From: Monocercomonoides exilis PA203
Taxonomy: Eukaryota > Protista > Preaxostyla
NCBI GenBank assembly: GCA_001643675.2
Contig: LSRY02000049.1
Location: forward strand, 124,001-188,000
Direction of reading: 5' to 3'
Length of the DNA: 64,000 bases
Shown: positions 26,001-38,900 of the stretch, piece by piece
Position numbering within the stretch: the first letter of the stretch is position 1
Layout of the letters: every line of letters starts with the position of its first letter
Position numbers and translations under genes: made by a program
The notes under the pieces: model-generated
What the model saw: only the letters and a program-made list of their open reading frames with translations
The model's database searches: none
What the model was told of the DNA's origin: nothing

Positions 26001-29000
26001 CGCCAGGTGTTCTCCCGCAGCGACTCGCTCTACATCGACGACGATGATGAAACAGATGGCTTGTTTGAGTACACAGGGAATGATGGATACCAGCAGAGCT
26101 ACGACGATGGCGAGGCAGACGATGAAGAAGAGACAGACACAGACATCGCTGATGACTTCTCAGAGGATTATCTCTTCCTCCCTTCGAGATACCCACAGGC
26201 CTCGCCATCTGCTGCAAGTGCAGCTTCTTTCTCTTCTGTTGCTTCTCCATCACTCGTCCGCCCTACTGCTGTCTATCCACACAACGCTTCTTCTTCATCT
26301 TCCTCCTCTTCATCTTCCTCTTCTGCTGCTTCTTCTGCTGCCTCTGCCTCATCAAAACCACAAAAGCGGGACTTCGAAAGGCTTCTGAGGGTGCTGTATC
26401 CACACAGATGGGACGGGGTGACGAGTGTGGAGTCGGTGAAGGCGCAGCGGCGGATGCGGCGTGTGGAGTACAACCGGATGAACGAGCTGCTGGATGGCAG
26501 ATGTCTGCGCATTGTGGACAGAGAGAGTGGGCTGATCACAAAGGAGCATCTGCCGGCAATGCTGGTGGCTGCGTTTAAGGCTGGCTACTGCACTTCCTGG
26601 GGCCGCCGCATCGCCCGCTCGTCGCTGATGAAGCAGTGGTTCGTGATCATCACGAAGGACATGGGGAAGAGGAAGAAGAACCCGACGTCGGTGAATGAGA
26701 TCCTGCCATTCATCAGAGAACACTCAGTGGATGTGACAGAGATTGAGAAGCCGATTGAGTCGTATACGAATTTTGACGACTTCTTCAGCCGCAAGCTGAA
26801 GCCAGGTGTGCGGCCGATTGCATCGCCAGAGGATGACTCTGTGCTTGTGTCGCCTGGAGACAGCAGAATTATGGTGTTCCAGTCGATCAACGACGCCACC
26901 GCAGTGTGGGTGAAAGGAAGGAACTTCGGGCTGGTCACCCTCCTCTACGGCATTCCTGAGCTCTTAAACATCTTTGTTGTCGAGCCGAAGGACAAGAAAG
27001 GAGAAAAATCGATGAAAAGAAAGATGAGAAGAGAAAAACCGTACCATGGTGGAAGAAAGGCGCCTGCATCGCCTGCCAATCAACAGCCAAAGAGATTCTT
27101 TTTGCCAACAATTCTCCACAAGCGCACATCAGAACAGCAGACAACTGCTGAATCTTCACAGAAACTGAATGAAAAGCCTGAAAAGGCAGCAGATGTCTCA
27201 ACAGGATGTGTGAAGAGTGCTGCTTCGTCCTCTCAGCTGCAGTCGCCTTTGTCGGCGGATTCATCTCAAACAACACTCGGCGAAGGAGCTGAGAATGGAA
27301 GCATGAAGCAAGCAGCAAAAACTGCAAAGGGGGCAAAAGAAACAAAAGTTACAAAAGGAGATAAACAAGAAGCAGGAAGAAATGGATTGAATGGAGATGC
27401 AGATGGCGATTTATCTTCTTCTTCGTCTTCGTCTTCATCAACAACAACAACCGACGATGATGCGAATGGAAGAGGCTGGCTGACAATTGGTCAAATTGAG
27501 CAGAAGAAGAACTTGCTGAACAAAGAAATGATGAAAGATGAGAAGATCCAGAGGAAAAGAACGATGAAAGAAGAGCAGAGGAAAAGAAAAGCGGAGTCAA
27601 TGAGACTGAAATCGGAGCAGAAAAGAGCGAAGGAAGAAAGGAAGAAGAAGGAGAATGCCGAAAAGGACAGGGCAAAGGAGAGGGCGAAGCACTTGGCAGC
27701 CACAAAGAAGCAGGAGAAGAATGTGGAGAAGCTTATTCGACAGGCAGAGAGAATGAGAGCGAAACAAATAGAGGCAGAGCAGAAGCAGAGGATGAAGACG
27801 CAGAAGGAGAAGCAAGGGGAGCAGAACAACAAAGCAGCAACAATATCATCCACAACATCACCGTCTGTACCTGTTGTTTCGCCTGTTTTGTCTCCACCTC
27901 TCTCAGCGTCATCAACAGAAGCTACTCCCACACCACTCTCAGACAATGCGCACTCATCTTCTTCTTCTCTCCCTGCTTCTTCGCCTTCCTCTGTCTCTTC
28001 TGCTAACACCCGCTCCACGTCCTCCCTCCGCCCACTCGCTTTGTCTCCCTCACGAGCTGACGGTGCAACACCAATTCAACAGAAAGATGCAAGCGCCGAT
28101 GCTCGTCTGCAATGCAAAGCGCCTCTTCAGCCAATTCCTCGCTCCACTTTGGCTGACATCTTCACCGCTGCCACGCACGACAGACCGCCAAATGTGCCAC
28201 TTGTGTCTGTTGAAGGGCAGCCGTTCTATTTGCTGACTGTATCTCACAGCTCTTCCTCTGCATTCACTTCTCCTTCTCCTTCTCCTTCTTCTGCTTCTGC
28301 TTCTTCTCCTCAATCAGTTGTGCTCCCACAGGTTCCCTTTGATGTGTTTGATCGTCTTCAGCCTTACTTCATCTGCTCCAAATGTCGCAACCAGCATCAT
28401 CTCCTTCAGATACCGCAACAACCACATCAAACTCAGACTTCTGTGGAAAGAACACCCATTGCATCTGATTCGAGTGACACTGGAAACAACAGCCATCACA
28501 AAAGTGGCAATAGCTTCAGCAATGCTGTTAATAATAGCAATAACAATAATCATCTTAACACTCACAACAGCAGCAACCACAACAGCGATGCCAACCTTCC
28601 CCGTGTCCTTTCAACAACCCCTGCTGAAGATTCCCCCGAGGCCTCTCATCAACATTCCTATGCACAATCGCCACGTGCACCTTCTTCCGACTCTTCTCCT
28701 TCGCCTGCTCGTCCTTCTGGAGACAAGTCATCTCCATCTGTGACGCCCCGCATTGACCCGCGGCATCACTGGCTCCATTCGCCGTGCTCAGAAAACTCGT
28801 CGCAGGCAGACACAGACACAGATGCTGTGGACTCTGATTCACTTCTGTCGATGCAGAAAGACCTGGCAAGTGCAATTGAGATGTCCCCGCCTCATCATCC
28901 ATCGGTGCTGTCGACACAGATTGATCAACAGCAGACAGCTCAGCAGTTCGCGTCATTTGCATCATCATCATCATCATCATCATCTTCTTCTTCTTCTTCT

Positions 29001-31007
29001 TCTTCGAATTTTGTGCCACTCTCCCCAGCAACACCTTCAACAGCCATACCATCTCTCTCTCCAATGCCAGCTGCCTCGCCAAGTGCTAATCCCAATCAGC
29101 ACATTGATCCAGTGAGAATTGACAATCTGAATTCTCAGTCATTCTTCTGCTTGTTGTGCAATTCTTACATTCTGTCACCATCATCCACCAGCAAGCCAGG
29201 AATCACTGCTCGTTTGAAGAACTTTATTATGCCGCCTTCATCTCAATCACATCAGCAGAGCAATTCCATCACAGGACAAGTATCCTCAGGTCATGCTGGT
29301 GTTATTGTCGCCCTGCCAAACGAGCAGACACCAGAAACACAACCGTTTACGAGTGAATTTCCAAAAGAGCTCAATTTTTCATTCAATTCACTGCAAGTGC
29401 AAGCACAAGCACAAGTATCTGTTGTTTCTCCCTCTGACGGGCAGCTGCCCCGCTCTCAAAAGACGCCAAACTGCATCTCGTCTGCCCTGTTTCCTGAAGC
29501 ACAGGCCGAAGCTTTTGCGGAGCCTCTTGTGAGAGAAGCAAGCATGCCTGCAGGCGCAACGACTCCAGACTCGACTGCTGCATCATCTGATTTTCAGATC
29601 AAAACAGCTGATGCAGAAAGCGAAGGAAGAAAAGTTGACAAGTGCGGTGTGTTGGTGGAGGATCGTTCTGATCCAGTTTTGACACATAGCTCACATGAGA
29701 GTTCAGTTGAGTCAATGGTGCGAGTGTTTGCTGAGGCTGCCAAGGAAGATGAGGAAATCCCAACGCCATTTGAACCGTTTGCTGCGTCGTTGGAGATGCA
29801 GAAGTGTCTGAAGGAAGCAGAAAAGAGCGGCATGGTTATTCCTTCTCCAGATGAAACACCCGAATCACATGCTTCACTGCCATCGGTGGCAGACGGAAGA
29901 GGAGGAGACGAGGAAGAGCAGATGCAGCAGCAGACAGATGGGCAGGCAGAGCGTGGAGAAGAACTCACAGGCGATCCATACACTGAAAGCGACCTGTCAG
30001 GCGACGAAGAATTTGAGGACGAGCAGTTTGGCGAGCGGAATGTGATGGATGAGCTGAATGCGGTGGAGAAAGCAGAGCTGAAAGAGATTGAGGAGGAAGT
30101 GAAGAGCCAGCTGCGCGACGAGGAAAGAGCAATGGCCTCGTCGCCGTCGCTGTCTTCGTTCCCGTCCCATCTGCTGGAAAGCAGCTGCTCCCACGCTGAC
30201 GATGAGAGGAGCCAAAGGCCTTCCATTCTGATGGCTGCACTGACAACACCCGCTGAACAGCAGCAGCAACAACAGCAACAGCAACACAAACAGCAAAAAC
30301 AACAACAAATTCAACAGCAGCAGAGTCCTTCCACAAAGCCATCGTTTGAGCCAGAATGCACAACGGACAATGCTGCCATGCAGAGTTCAGTGAGACAGCA
30401 GTCATTGCAGGCTTCATCCTCTGCATCTTCAGCATCGTCTGATGAAAGGTCACCTGACCATTCATCCATCACTTCTTCTTTGCCTCAGAATCCGAAAGTG
30501 TTCTCATCTGCCTCGTCTTCTCTTACTCCCCCGTCTCATTCATTCAGCTCGTCTTTGCCGCTGCGTGCATCCATTGTGATATCCCGTCTGGCGCCGCAGG
30601 ACTACCACCGTGTGCACACGCCCTGTCGCTGCAAGGTCGTCTCGATGCACCACGTGAAAGGGACGTACTACACAGTCAACCCAATCGCTGTCAGGCAAGA
30701 CATCGACGTGTTCACAGACAACACCCGTCTGCTGTTCCATCTGTCTTCTCCTTTCTTCGGCTCGTTCGTGCTGGTGATGGTTGGGGCGTGCTATGTCGGG
30801 AGCTGTGTGTCGTCGGTGGTTGTTGGGCAGGAGCTGAACAAAGGCGATGAAATTGGGTATTTCCTACACGGAGGCTCATCTGTGCTCTTGCTGTTTCCTC
30901 GCCATGTCCCGTCTTTTGATGCTGATTTGCGGACGAATTCTATCAAGAAGATTGAAACGTTCGTCAGAATGGGAACAAAGATTGGGACAGTTAAGTCATC
31001 TCATTAA
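20041..31007 (+). CDS. PSD2: Giant type II phosphatidylserine decarboxylase proenzyme (C2-like, EF-hand, PSD), ~3638 aa, intron 20205-20254
   Basis: YTNFDDFFSRKLKPGVRPIA, SPGDSR, VKGRNF, RLAPQDYHRVHTP, YYTVNPIAV, VGACYVGS, KGDEIGYFLHGGSS, ETFVRMG; EF-hand DLDKDGCLNPFE; MGNSTS start. Confidence 0.9.
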
Positions 31008-31276
31008 GTTTGCAGTTAAGTTTTTTCTTTGACACTGCAAATTTTTGTGAAATCGTTGTAAATGTGAACATTAATCAAATTAGAATTTTAAATTTCTGTT
31101 AAATGTAAATCTCTTTTTGTATTCACTCTCATTAATATTTCATATTTTTGTTATAACTATATTATGTATGTTTGTTGATGGAGATCTTTATGCATTGTTC
31201 TCTTTTAGTCAACTTAGTTTCATACAAATTATTAGTTTTTGATCATGCTTTTTATTTATTTCATTTTTCTGGTTTA

Positions 31277-32718
31277 ATGGCTTTTGCACCTCTTTCACGA
31301 ATTGATTTTAAAGGTTGTACACAACCTACAAAAAATTCAGAAGGGGATCCTGTGGTTGTTTTTTCTCCAGAGCTTCAGCATTCGTCTGACAAGCGTTATT
31401 TAGCCTGTCCTTGCACAGATGGATTTGTTCGCTTTTATGATCGATCAACGTTTTCTCCACTTGTTAGTCTATCTGCTTATGGACCAGATAACGTAAATCC
31501 AGTGAGTGGTATAATTGGAGCATGTTTTGCTCAAAATCAGCCTCATTTGTTCTTTACGCAAACTCCAAACAACGACAGAGTTCGCGTATGGGATTTAAGA
31601 ACAAAATCAGTTGTTATGGATTTGCCAAATCGTCATCATGTGAATGCAATAGATTGTAACACTTCCGATACATGTCTTGCTGTTGGGACAACAGAAACAG
31701 TAAATCTTTGGTCTGCTTTATTTTCAAATTTTTGATGTTTTATATGTGTATTTATTTCATTTTGTTTTATCAAAAAAAAAAGGGATTTGAGAGGAGGAAA
31801 AATTGCTGTTGTTTGGGATGAAAATCACAGTGACGAAATAACAGAAGTTAAATTTTCAAAAATATCACCAAATTTGCTTTTAACAAGTGGAGAAGATGGG
31901 CTTGTTTGTGTATGTGATTCAAGTCGTACTGATTTAGATGGTGGAGTTATTGGAAGTGTGTTAATTTTTGTTTTTTTGATTTATCATTATTCCAAAAATA
32001 TTTATTTCAATGAATAAATAAAGTTTTTAATGTTGAATCTTCTGTCACATCGTGCTGCTTTATGGGAAGTAATGATGAAAATGTTGCTGTTATGACATTT
32101 ACAAATTCATTTTCTGTGTGGAATTTCCCAAAAGACGATGAAACTCAGGAAGGAGATGGACTTCTTTATGTGCTGAAAGATGCGCGACCTGAAATATCGA
32201 AAATCATCCCTGGTTCGCAATACACTTCACAAGTCATTTCATCTTCTGTTTCACCAGCTGCGGCTTCTTCAAGTGCAACTCCATCCATTTCATTAACTTC
32301 TTCATCTACTCCATCAGATGGTGGAATGGATGTTGAAGAGGCATCAAGCTCTTCTGTTGCTTCATTTCCTTCTGCGTCGTTGTTATCATCATCTTCTTCT
32401 TCTTCTTCTTTTCCATCGACAACATCCACTGCTTTTGGTGCTCCATATACTTCTACTGAAGGTGTAATACTATCTGATGTAGATTATCTAATTTCTTGTC
32501 ATTATAATCCATCGACTCGTCATGTCGTCTTGCTTTCTGGTGACCACAACGGTAAAGTTTATGCCACAACTGTTGAAAGAGATGGATTAACACATCTGTT
32601 TACACTTAATGGAGGGCATTCCAGTGACGTGCGTGCAATTGATTGGCTTCCTGATGAACCCCAGATGCTAATGACATCTGGAGAAGATGGAACAGTTGTA
32701 AAGTGGTTGTTTCGATAA
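31277..32718 (+). CDS. WDR89: WD40-repeat protein, WDR89-like, 3 exons
   Basis: ENHSDEITEVKF..LLTSGEDGLVCVCD, DYLISCHY, GGHSSDVRAIDW..TSGEDGTVVKW. Confidence 0.75.
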
Positions 32719-32968
32719 ATTAATTAATAAAAAAATGTAAATTAATTTTCTGAATTTTTTTCAAAAAAATTAAAATGAACAAAGAATAAATAATATCTAA
32801 TATATGGGACAAGATCACAAGAAATTTTTTCTATTTCCTATTTGGCGTTGAATAAGTGTGCCTTTTGTTCATCATTTTTTGATAAATGTTTATGTAAATC
32901 TGTCGTTATCCTTATGAAAATGTTTAATAAAATTTTATTCTTATAATAATTGATCAGACATATTTCAA

Positions 32969-35900
32969 ATGATTAATCCTTTTGCCACCACGCCAGCTGC
33001 TAACCCTTTTGGTGCTCCGGCTGCAAATCCATTTGGAGCAGCTCCAGCTGCTAATCCTTTCGGAGCACCCGCTTCTGGGGCAGCAAATCCGTTTGGTACT
33101 GCGCCAGCTGCTAATCCGTTTGGTACAGCTGCTCCGGCTGCCAATCCATTTGGAACAGCGCCTGCAGCCAATCCATTTGGAGTGCAACCAGCCGCTAATC
33201 CGTTTGGTGCACCAGCTCCCGCTGCTAATCCATTTGGAACACAACCAGCTGCAAACCCTTTTGGAACTCAACCAGCTGCCAATCCATTTGGCACAACACC
33301 TGCAGCAAACCCATTTGGAACGACACCAGCCGCAAATCCGTTTGGAACTGCACCTGCTGCTAATCCTTTTGGAGCACCTGCAGCTACGGCAAATCCATTT
33401 GGTGCTCCAGCTCCAGCTGCCAATCCGTTTGGAGCTCCAGCAGCGAATCCGTTTGGAACGACACCAGCCGCAAATCCGTTTGGAGCTCAACCCGCGGCCA
33501 ATCCATTTGGCGCTCCTGCTGCTACGACAAATCCATTTGGTGCTCCTGCTGCGACAACTAATCCATTTGGCATTCCTTCAACAGGTGCTACTGGCATTTT
33601 TGGTGCGACAAATGGTTTGACACAAATTCCTGGTGCAACAACTCCTCCTCAGCAGCAAGTTCTTCCTCACGGAACAACTCTTGGAATTGGACAGCCAAAG
33701 ACTGTTCAGGATCCTCAAAAGGTTGGTCATACGCTTGTGTTTTGCGCTGTCAATCATCAGCCGCAATACGTCCACAAATCCATTGAAGAGCTACGGTTAG
33801 AAGATTATTTCTTGGGGCGTGTGATTGCTGGACAGGGCATTCAATCAGCTAATCAGATTCCAGCAGATAAATTGAATGTTTCATTCAGCGTTGTGAAAGG
33901 AGCTGCTGCAGCAAGTCCATTTGGGGCTCCAGCAGCAGGAGCAACGAACCCATTTGGAGCTGCGACAACTCCTGCTGCTAATCCTTTTGGTGCGCCAGCT
34001 GCTGGAACAACCAATCCGTTCGGTGCGCCTGCAGCGACCAATCCATTCGGGGCGCCTGCTGCTGCGGCAACAAATCCCTTTGGAGCGCCTGCCGCTAATC
34101 CATTTGGTGCTCCAGCGTCAACCAACCCATTCGCGGCGGGAGCTACAGCCACAAACCCGTTCGGGGCTCCTGCTTCAACCAATCCGTTTGCGACAACACA
34201 GCCAGCTGCTAATCCCTTTGGCGCTCCTGCTGCTACGGCCAATCCGTTTGCTGCGCCTGCTGCAAACAACCCTTTTGCAACTGGAGCTGCTGCTACTAAT
34301 CCATTCGCAACAGGGGCAACTACAACAGCAGCAGCAAATCCCTTTGGAGGAGCAGCAGCTCCAGCAAATCCATTTGCGCCACAAGGGACAACAGCCAACA
34401 ATCCGTTTGCTACAAACACCGCAAATCCGTTTGCAACTGCAGGAACTGGAACAGCAGCTGCAAATCCTTTTGCACAGACGACTACAACAACCAATCCATT
34501 TGCGCCGAGTGCAACTGCCAACAATCCATTTGCCAATCCTGCAACAGCAAATCCCTTCGCTCCACAAGGCACAGCAGCCAACGCCGCAGCTGCTGCCGCT
34601 GCTTACAATCCCTTCGCGCTGAATCCTGCTGCTGTTGCCTGTGCTTACCCAGCTGCCTCGCTGCCTCCACAGACGCTGAAGGACCTCTTCCCTGGGATGC
34701 AGCCTGCGCCTGGGACAACCGCACCTTCTGGAACATCTGTATCATCTCCATATGGACAGAGTCTGTTGTACGATCCACGTTTTTCTTTGGCTATTTCTGA
34801 TGACTTGCAAGCAGCAACTGACACAAAAGATGGCAATGCTTTACAATCAGACTCACAGACAAAACCAGATGGAAACTTATCTTCTCTTTCTTCTTCTGCT
34901 GCTGCTTCTGCTTCACTTTCACCTGATGCCATTTCAGCGAATGCACCACAAGCATCTGCCTCGTCTATTCTTCTGTCTGCTGCTGCTGAGACGCACAAGA
35001 CGCGCACACCAACAACACTCAACAATCCTCTTGCAACGCTCCTTCAGACACCCAGTCTGCTTCAAATAGACGACATCCCAACTGCCACCACAGCGACGTC
35101 TTTGACTGGGTCTTCATCGACTGATTCGTCTGGGAACAAGACTGACGCTGTGGTTGAGATGTCACAGGGCCTGCTCTCTCGCTATAGCTCAGGAATGGTG
35201 CCTCCAAAATCATCATCAAACAACACTTCATCATCAGTCACTGCCAATTTGCAGAACAAGATTGCCTCGTTTGCTTCGAAGATATCGCCATATCCGTCTC
35301 TGTTCGACAAGTCTTCGTCGTTTGAGTCTGTTGTGGTTGAGCCAACAACAGTTATCATTCAGCCCACGAAGGATGTGAAGCGCTTGTTCATTGACGATCC
35401 AGTTGCGCTTGTCAATAAGCTGAAAAGAAATGCCCAATCTTATTCATCTTCGCTATTTGAAGGGAATGGTGATTTCATCATTAACTTCCCAAAGGAATCA
35501 TCAAAAATGACAGTTCCTTCTTCTCCTTCTCCTTCGTCAACTCCTTCTCCTTTGCAATCACCTTTATCAGAGCATCCTTCGAACTCAAAAAGAGGACAAT
35601 CAACAACACCACTCGACTCACCAATCGGATCAGGCCAAGCATATTCATCATATCCAATCACGAGGAATGAAAAGAGCTGCATGGAAGATGAAAGAGATCG
35701 TGATGAGTATTCCAGAGAGCAAAGCCACATGAAATACAGGAACCCAGAGCAGCAAGAAGGCTATGGTTCTTCTCCAGTTCTTCAGAATGTTCCCTCGCGC
35801 TATCACAACGTGGATGATGTCATCCAATCCAAAGACGAATGGGGCGAAGCATCTGAACAGAATCCGATGGCTTCCTTCCAGTCAATGCAGGAGCCAAAAT

Positions 35901-38900
35901 GCAACAGCAGATCTTCCTCTTCCACGCCTCGGTCACAGAACCAGCCAAGGTCTCTTTCTCGTCCTCAGTCTGCTTCTCGCTATTCCACTCCAACCATTCT
36001 GACTCCGCGCTCTGAAGCATCTGCACATTCACTGCGCTCTTTGCACGACAAACTGGCAGACAATGGCTTCGACAGAGATGAGCTGAGAGAGAAACCCGAT
36101 TGGATTCCATCTAAATATCCTCCCATGATGACTGATGACACATACCGCTGCTCACCTTCAATTAAAACGCTGTCGACATATTCAGATGCAGAATTGGCTG
36201 CTGTTGAGCAGTTCAAGATCTGGAAGCCGCACTTTGGGCAGATAACATTCCTGGAGCCTGTTGATCTGAGAGGAGGCATTGTACTTAATGAGATTGTGGT
36301 GTTCAGATCAAAGGAGGTGGAGGTGTATCCTTGCGAAGACGAAGACGAAGAGGAGGAAGAAGACAAAGAGAAAAAGCACAGTAGAGAAGAAAGTTCGAAT
36401 AAAAAGAATTCTCAACAGCAGAAAAAGAATGCCAAGATTGAATGTCCCAAGCCAGGCGAAGGTCTGAATCATCCTGCTGAGATTATGCTGTTTGGAGTGT
36501 TTGTATATGAAAAGGGCACCAAAGAGCAGAGCACAGATCCTGTGCGCATAAAGCGATTCTCCAAGAAAATCAAAGAGAGAACTGCTGCAATAGGCGGAGA
36601 ATTTGTGTCTTATTCGCCGAATGAAGGTGTTTGGTGCTTCCGAGTTAAGCACTTTTCGAAATATGGACTGGTGGATGACGATGATGATGAGGAAGATGAT
36701 GTTGAAAATGAGAACGGACTCGATAAAGAGTATGAAAGCACTGGAAATGAAGCGTTTCCTCGATCAAAGCAGATGATTGGTGAATCTCCAAAGTCGGTGA
36801 GTGATGTTCCTCGCCCAATGAATTTTTTAGAGTCACATACAACACCGTCTAGTTCGGTGTTTGTGAATCCAGTTTTGACGCAAATGAATGTAACATTGCT
36901 TTCCTCTCCAGCAAATACTAATTTTTTTCCTGCATCTCATCAACTAAGTGACAACATCATTTCATCTTCCCCTTCCTCCCGCTTCACTTCAACACAGAGT
37001 AAAGAAAGAGATTTATCCTCAACAGAAATTCACAGTAATCTGCAAACAAAAATGAGAAATTCAATTCTTCTCAATAACACTCTTTCTGCTCCTCGCTCAT
37101 CAAGTTCATCTGAGAAAGCTAAATTGCCATCCCAGCAGATGGACAAAGAGACCGTAAATCGAGTTTTAGAGGTTGCATCTTCGATGGTTATAACTTCAAA
37201 ACCCCCAATCACAATTCATTTCTCATCTCGTCAGTCTGCTCCATTTGCTTCAAACAGCGGTAAAAGCCAATCCGATCCGATGAATTTATTTCGAGACTCG
37301 TTTGAGATTGCTTGGGCGAAAACTGGCACAACCACGAACAATTCAAACCAAAATACAGCAGGATGTGGATATGTGCTGTTCATCCCAAAGAGACGACGCG
37401 ATTTGAAAGAGGCAGTTGCTTCTCTGAGTTTGACTCAAACTAATACACTTCCTGGAATGCCTGGTACAAGCCAAAATTCTGTCAAGGCTTCTTCGGCTTC
37501 AGAAATTGTCCAGCATTTGAGTGAAGCAGATTTCCCTTCTGATTATTTTGCACAGACAAAGAAATTTCCTCCACAGCCTTTGAGTACTCCTCCTCTGTTT
37601 TCTACATATCGTGTGGTTTCGGCGCCTGGATTTGAGTCAATGGCTCTTGCAAGATCTGTTGTGTTCCCTTTTTTATCTGTTTTGCTCGGAATTGCTCGAA
37701 AGTTTAACAGCAAAACAACTCCTGCATCTGTAATCCAATGCAAAGTCTCTGCATCTCTTCTTCGGATTGCTGCTGATATGGAAGCCACATACAATGCATT
37801 CATTCAGAACTCAGAAAATACAGATAGAACCAGTCTAATTGTACAGCCAATTATCCGAGCAATGAATCTGATGAAACTGGCATCTGCTCTTTGGACACCG
37901 ATTGTGTCATCTCCCTCTGGAATTGTTTCAGAATCTACAGTTATTTTGTCTGAAAGAGATTATTACGGACATCCAATTTTGATGGAGCAGCGTGTTCGGG
38001 CGATTTCTCGATGTTTATCTGAGATTGTTGGGTGTGATGTGGAAGCAGACATTGAACGTGTGACATCATCACTGGCAGCAATTCAACAGCCATCTGTCCA
38101 TCAGAAGTATTCGCAAGCAGTCTCTCAGATTCTGTTGTGCCTCACTGGCCATCAGGTGGAAAGGGCTGTGACGATTGCTTCAGAAGCTGGATTCCATCGG
38201 CTGGCGCTGCTGCTGTCGGAGATTGAGACTGTCACTTGGATGCCTCATTCGCATCCACCACTGTGTGGACAGCAGTCTCATCAGAAGCCGTTGTTTACTG
38301 CTCTGATGCAGGCACAAGTTGCTCTTTGGGATGATGATTCTCAGAGAGAGAAAGTGGAAGATGAGCTTCTGTCAGTAATAAAGGTTTTATCAGGTTCTCT
38401 TCCATTGCTTAAGGAAGTGGGGTGGATGAGGGTGTTTGCCATGTTGTTTTGGTATCGGTTGTCTGTATCTAAAGACGAGGATGAAGAGAGAAGCATTTCA
38501 TCAAATGAAGCGACTTCCACAGTTGCAAATGCACTTTCCAGATTTCATTCTTCAGTACAATCTGGAATGTCAACACCACCATTTGTACCATCAAATTCGA
38601 ATATCTCAAAGAAGTTGTGCAACGAACAAAAAATGGAAGAAGATGTTGAAGCTATTGAATCAAGCGATAATGGTGCAAATGATTTTATTGTTGAATCACT
38701 TCACCGTCGCTTCCATTTCGAACTCCATGCAAATGAGACTAAACAAGAAGATAACTTTTCAAAGTGCACAAAAAACTGCGCGCAACATTTTTTATCAGAA
38801 GAACTCATTCATCCCAACGAGAGAAAGAAACGTCAGATTGCAGAATCTTCCATCGCAAGCAGCGAGAAGCGTGATGAATCCATTATTTCTCGATCTCTTC

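Noticed and set aside
26985-30560. PSD insertion as an intein
   Set aside because: No Hint-domain motifs, no terminal His-Asn or endonuclease; mostly low-complexity sequence
32975-34617. CRISPR-like repeat-spacer array
   Set aside because: Repeats are in-frame NPF codons with synonymous variation in a eukaryotic nucleoporin
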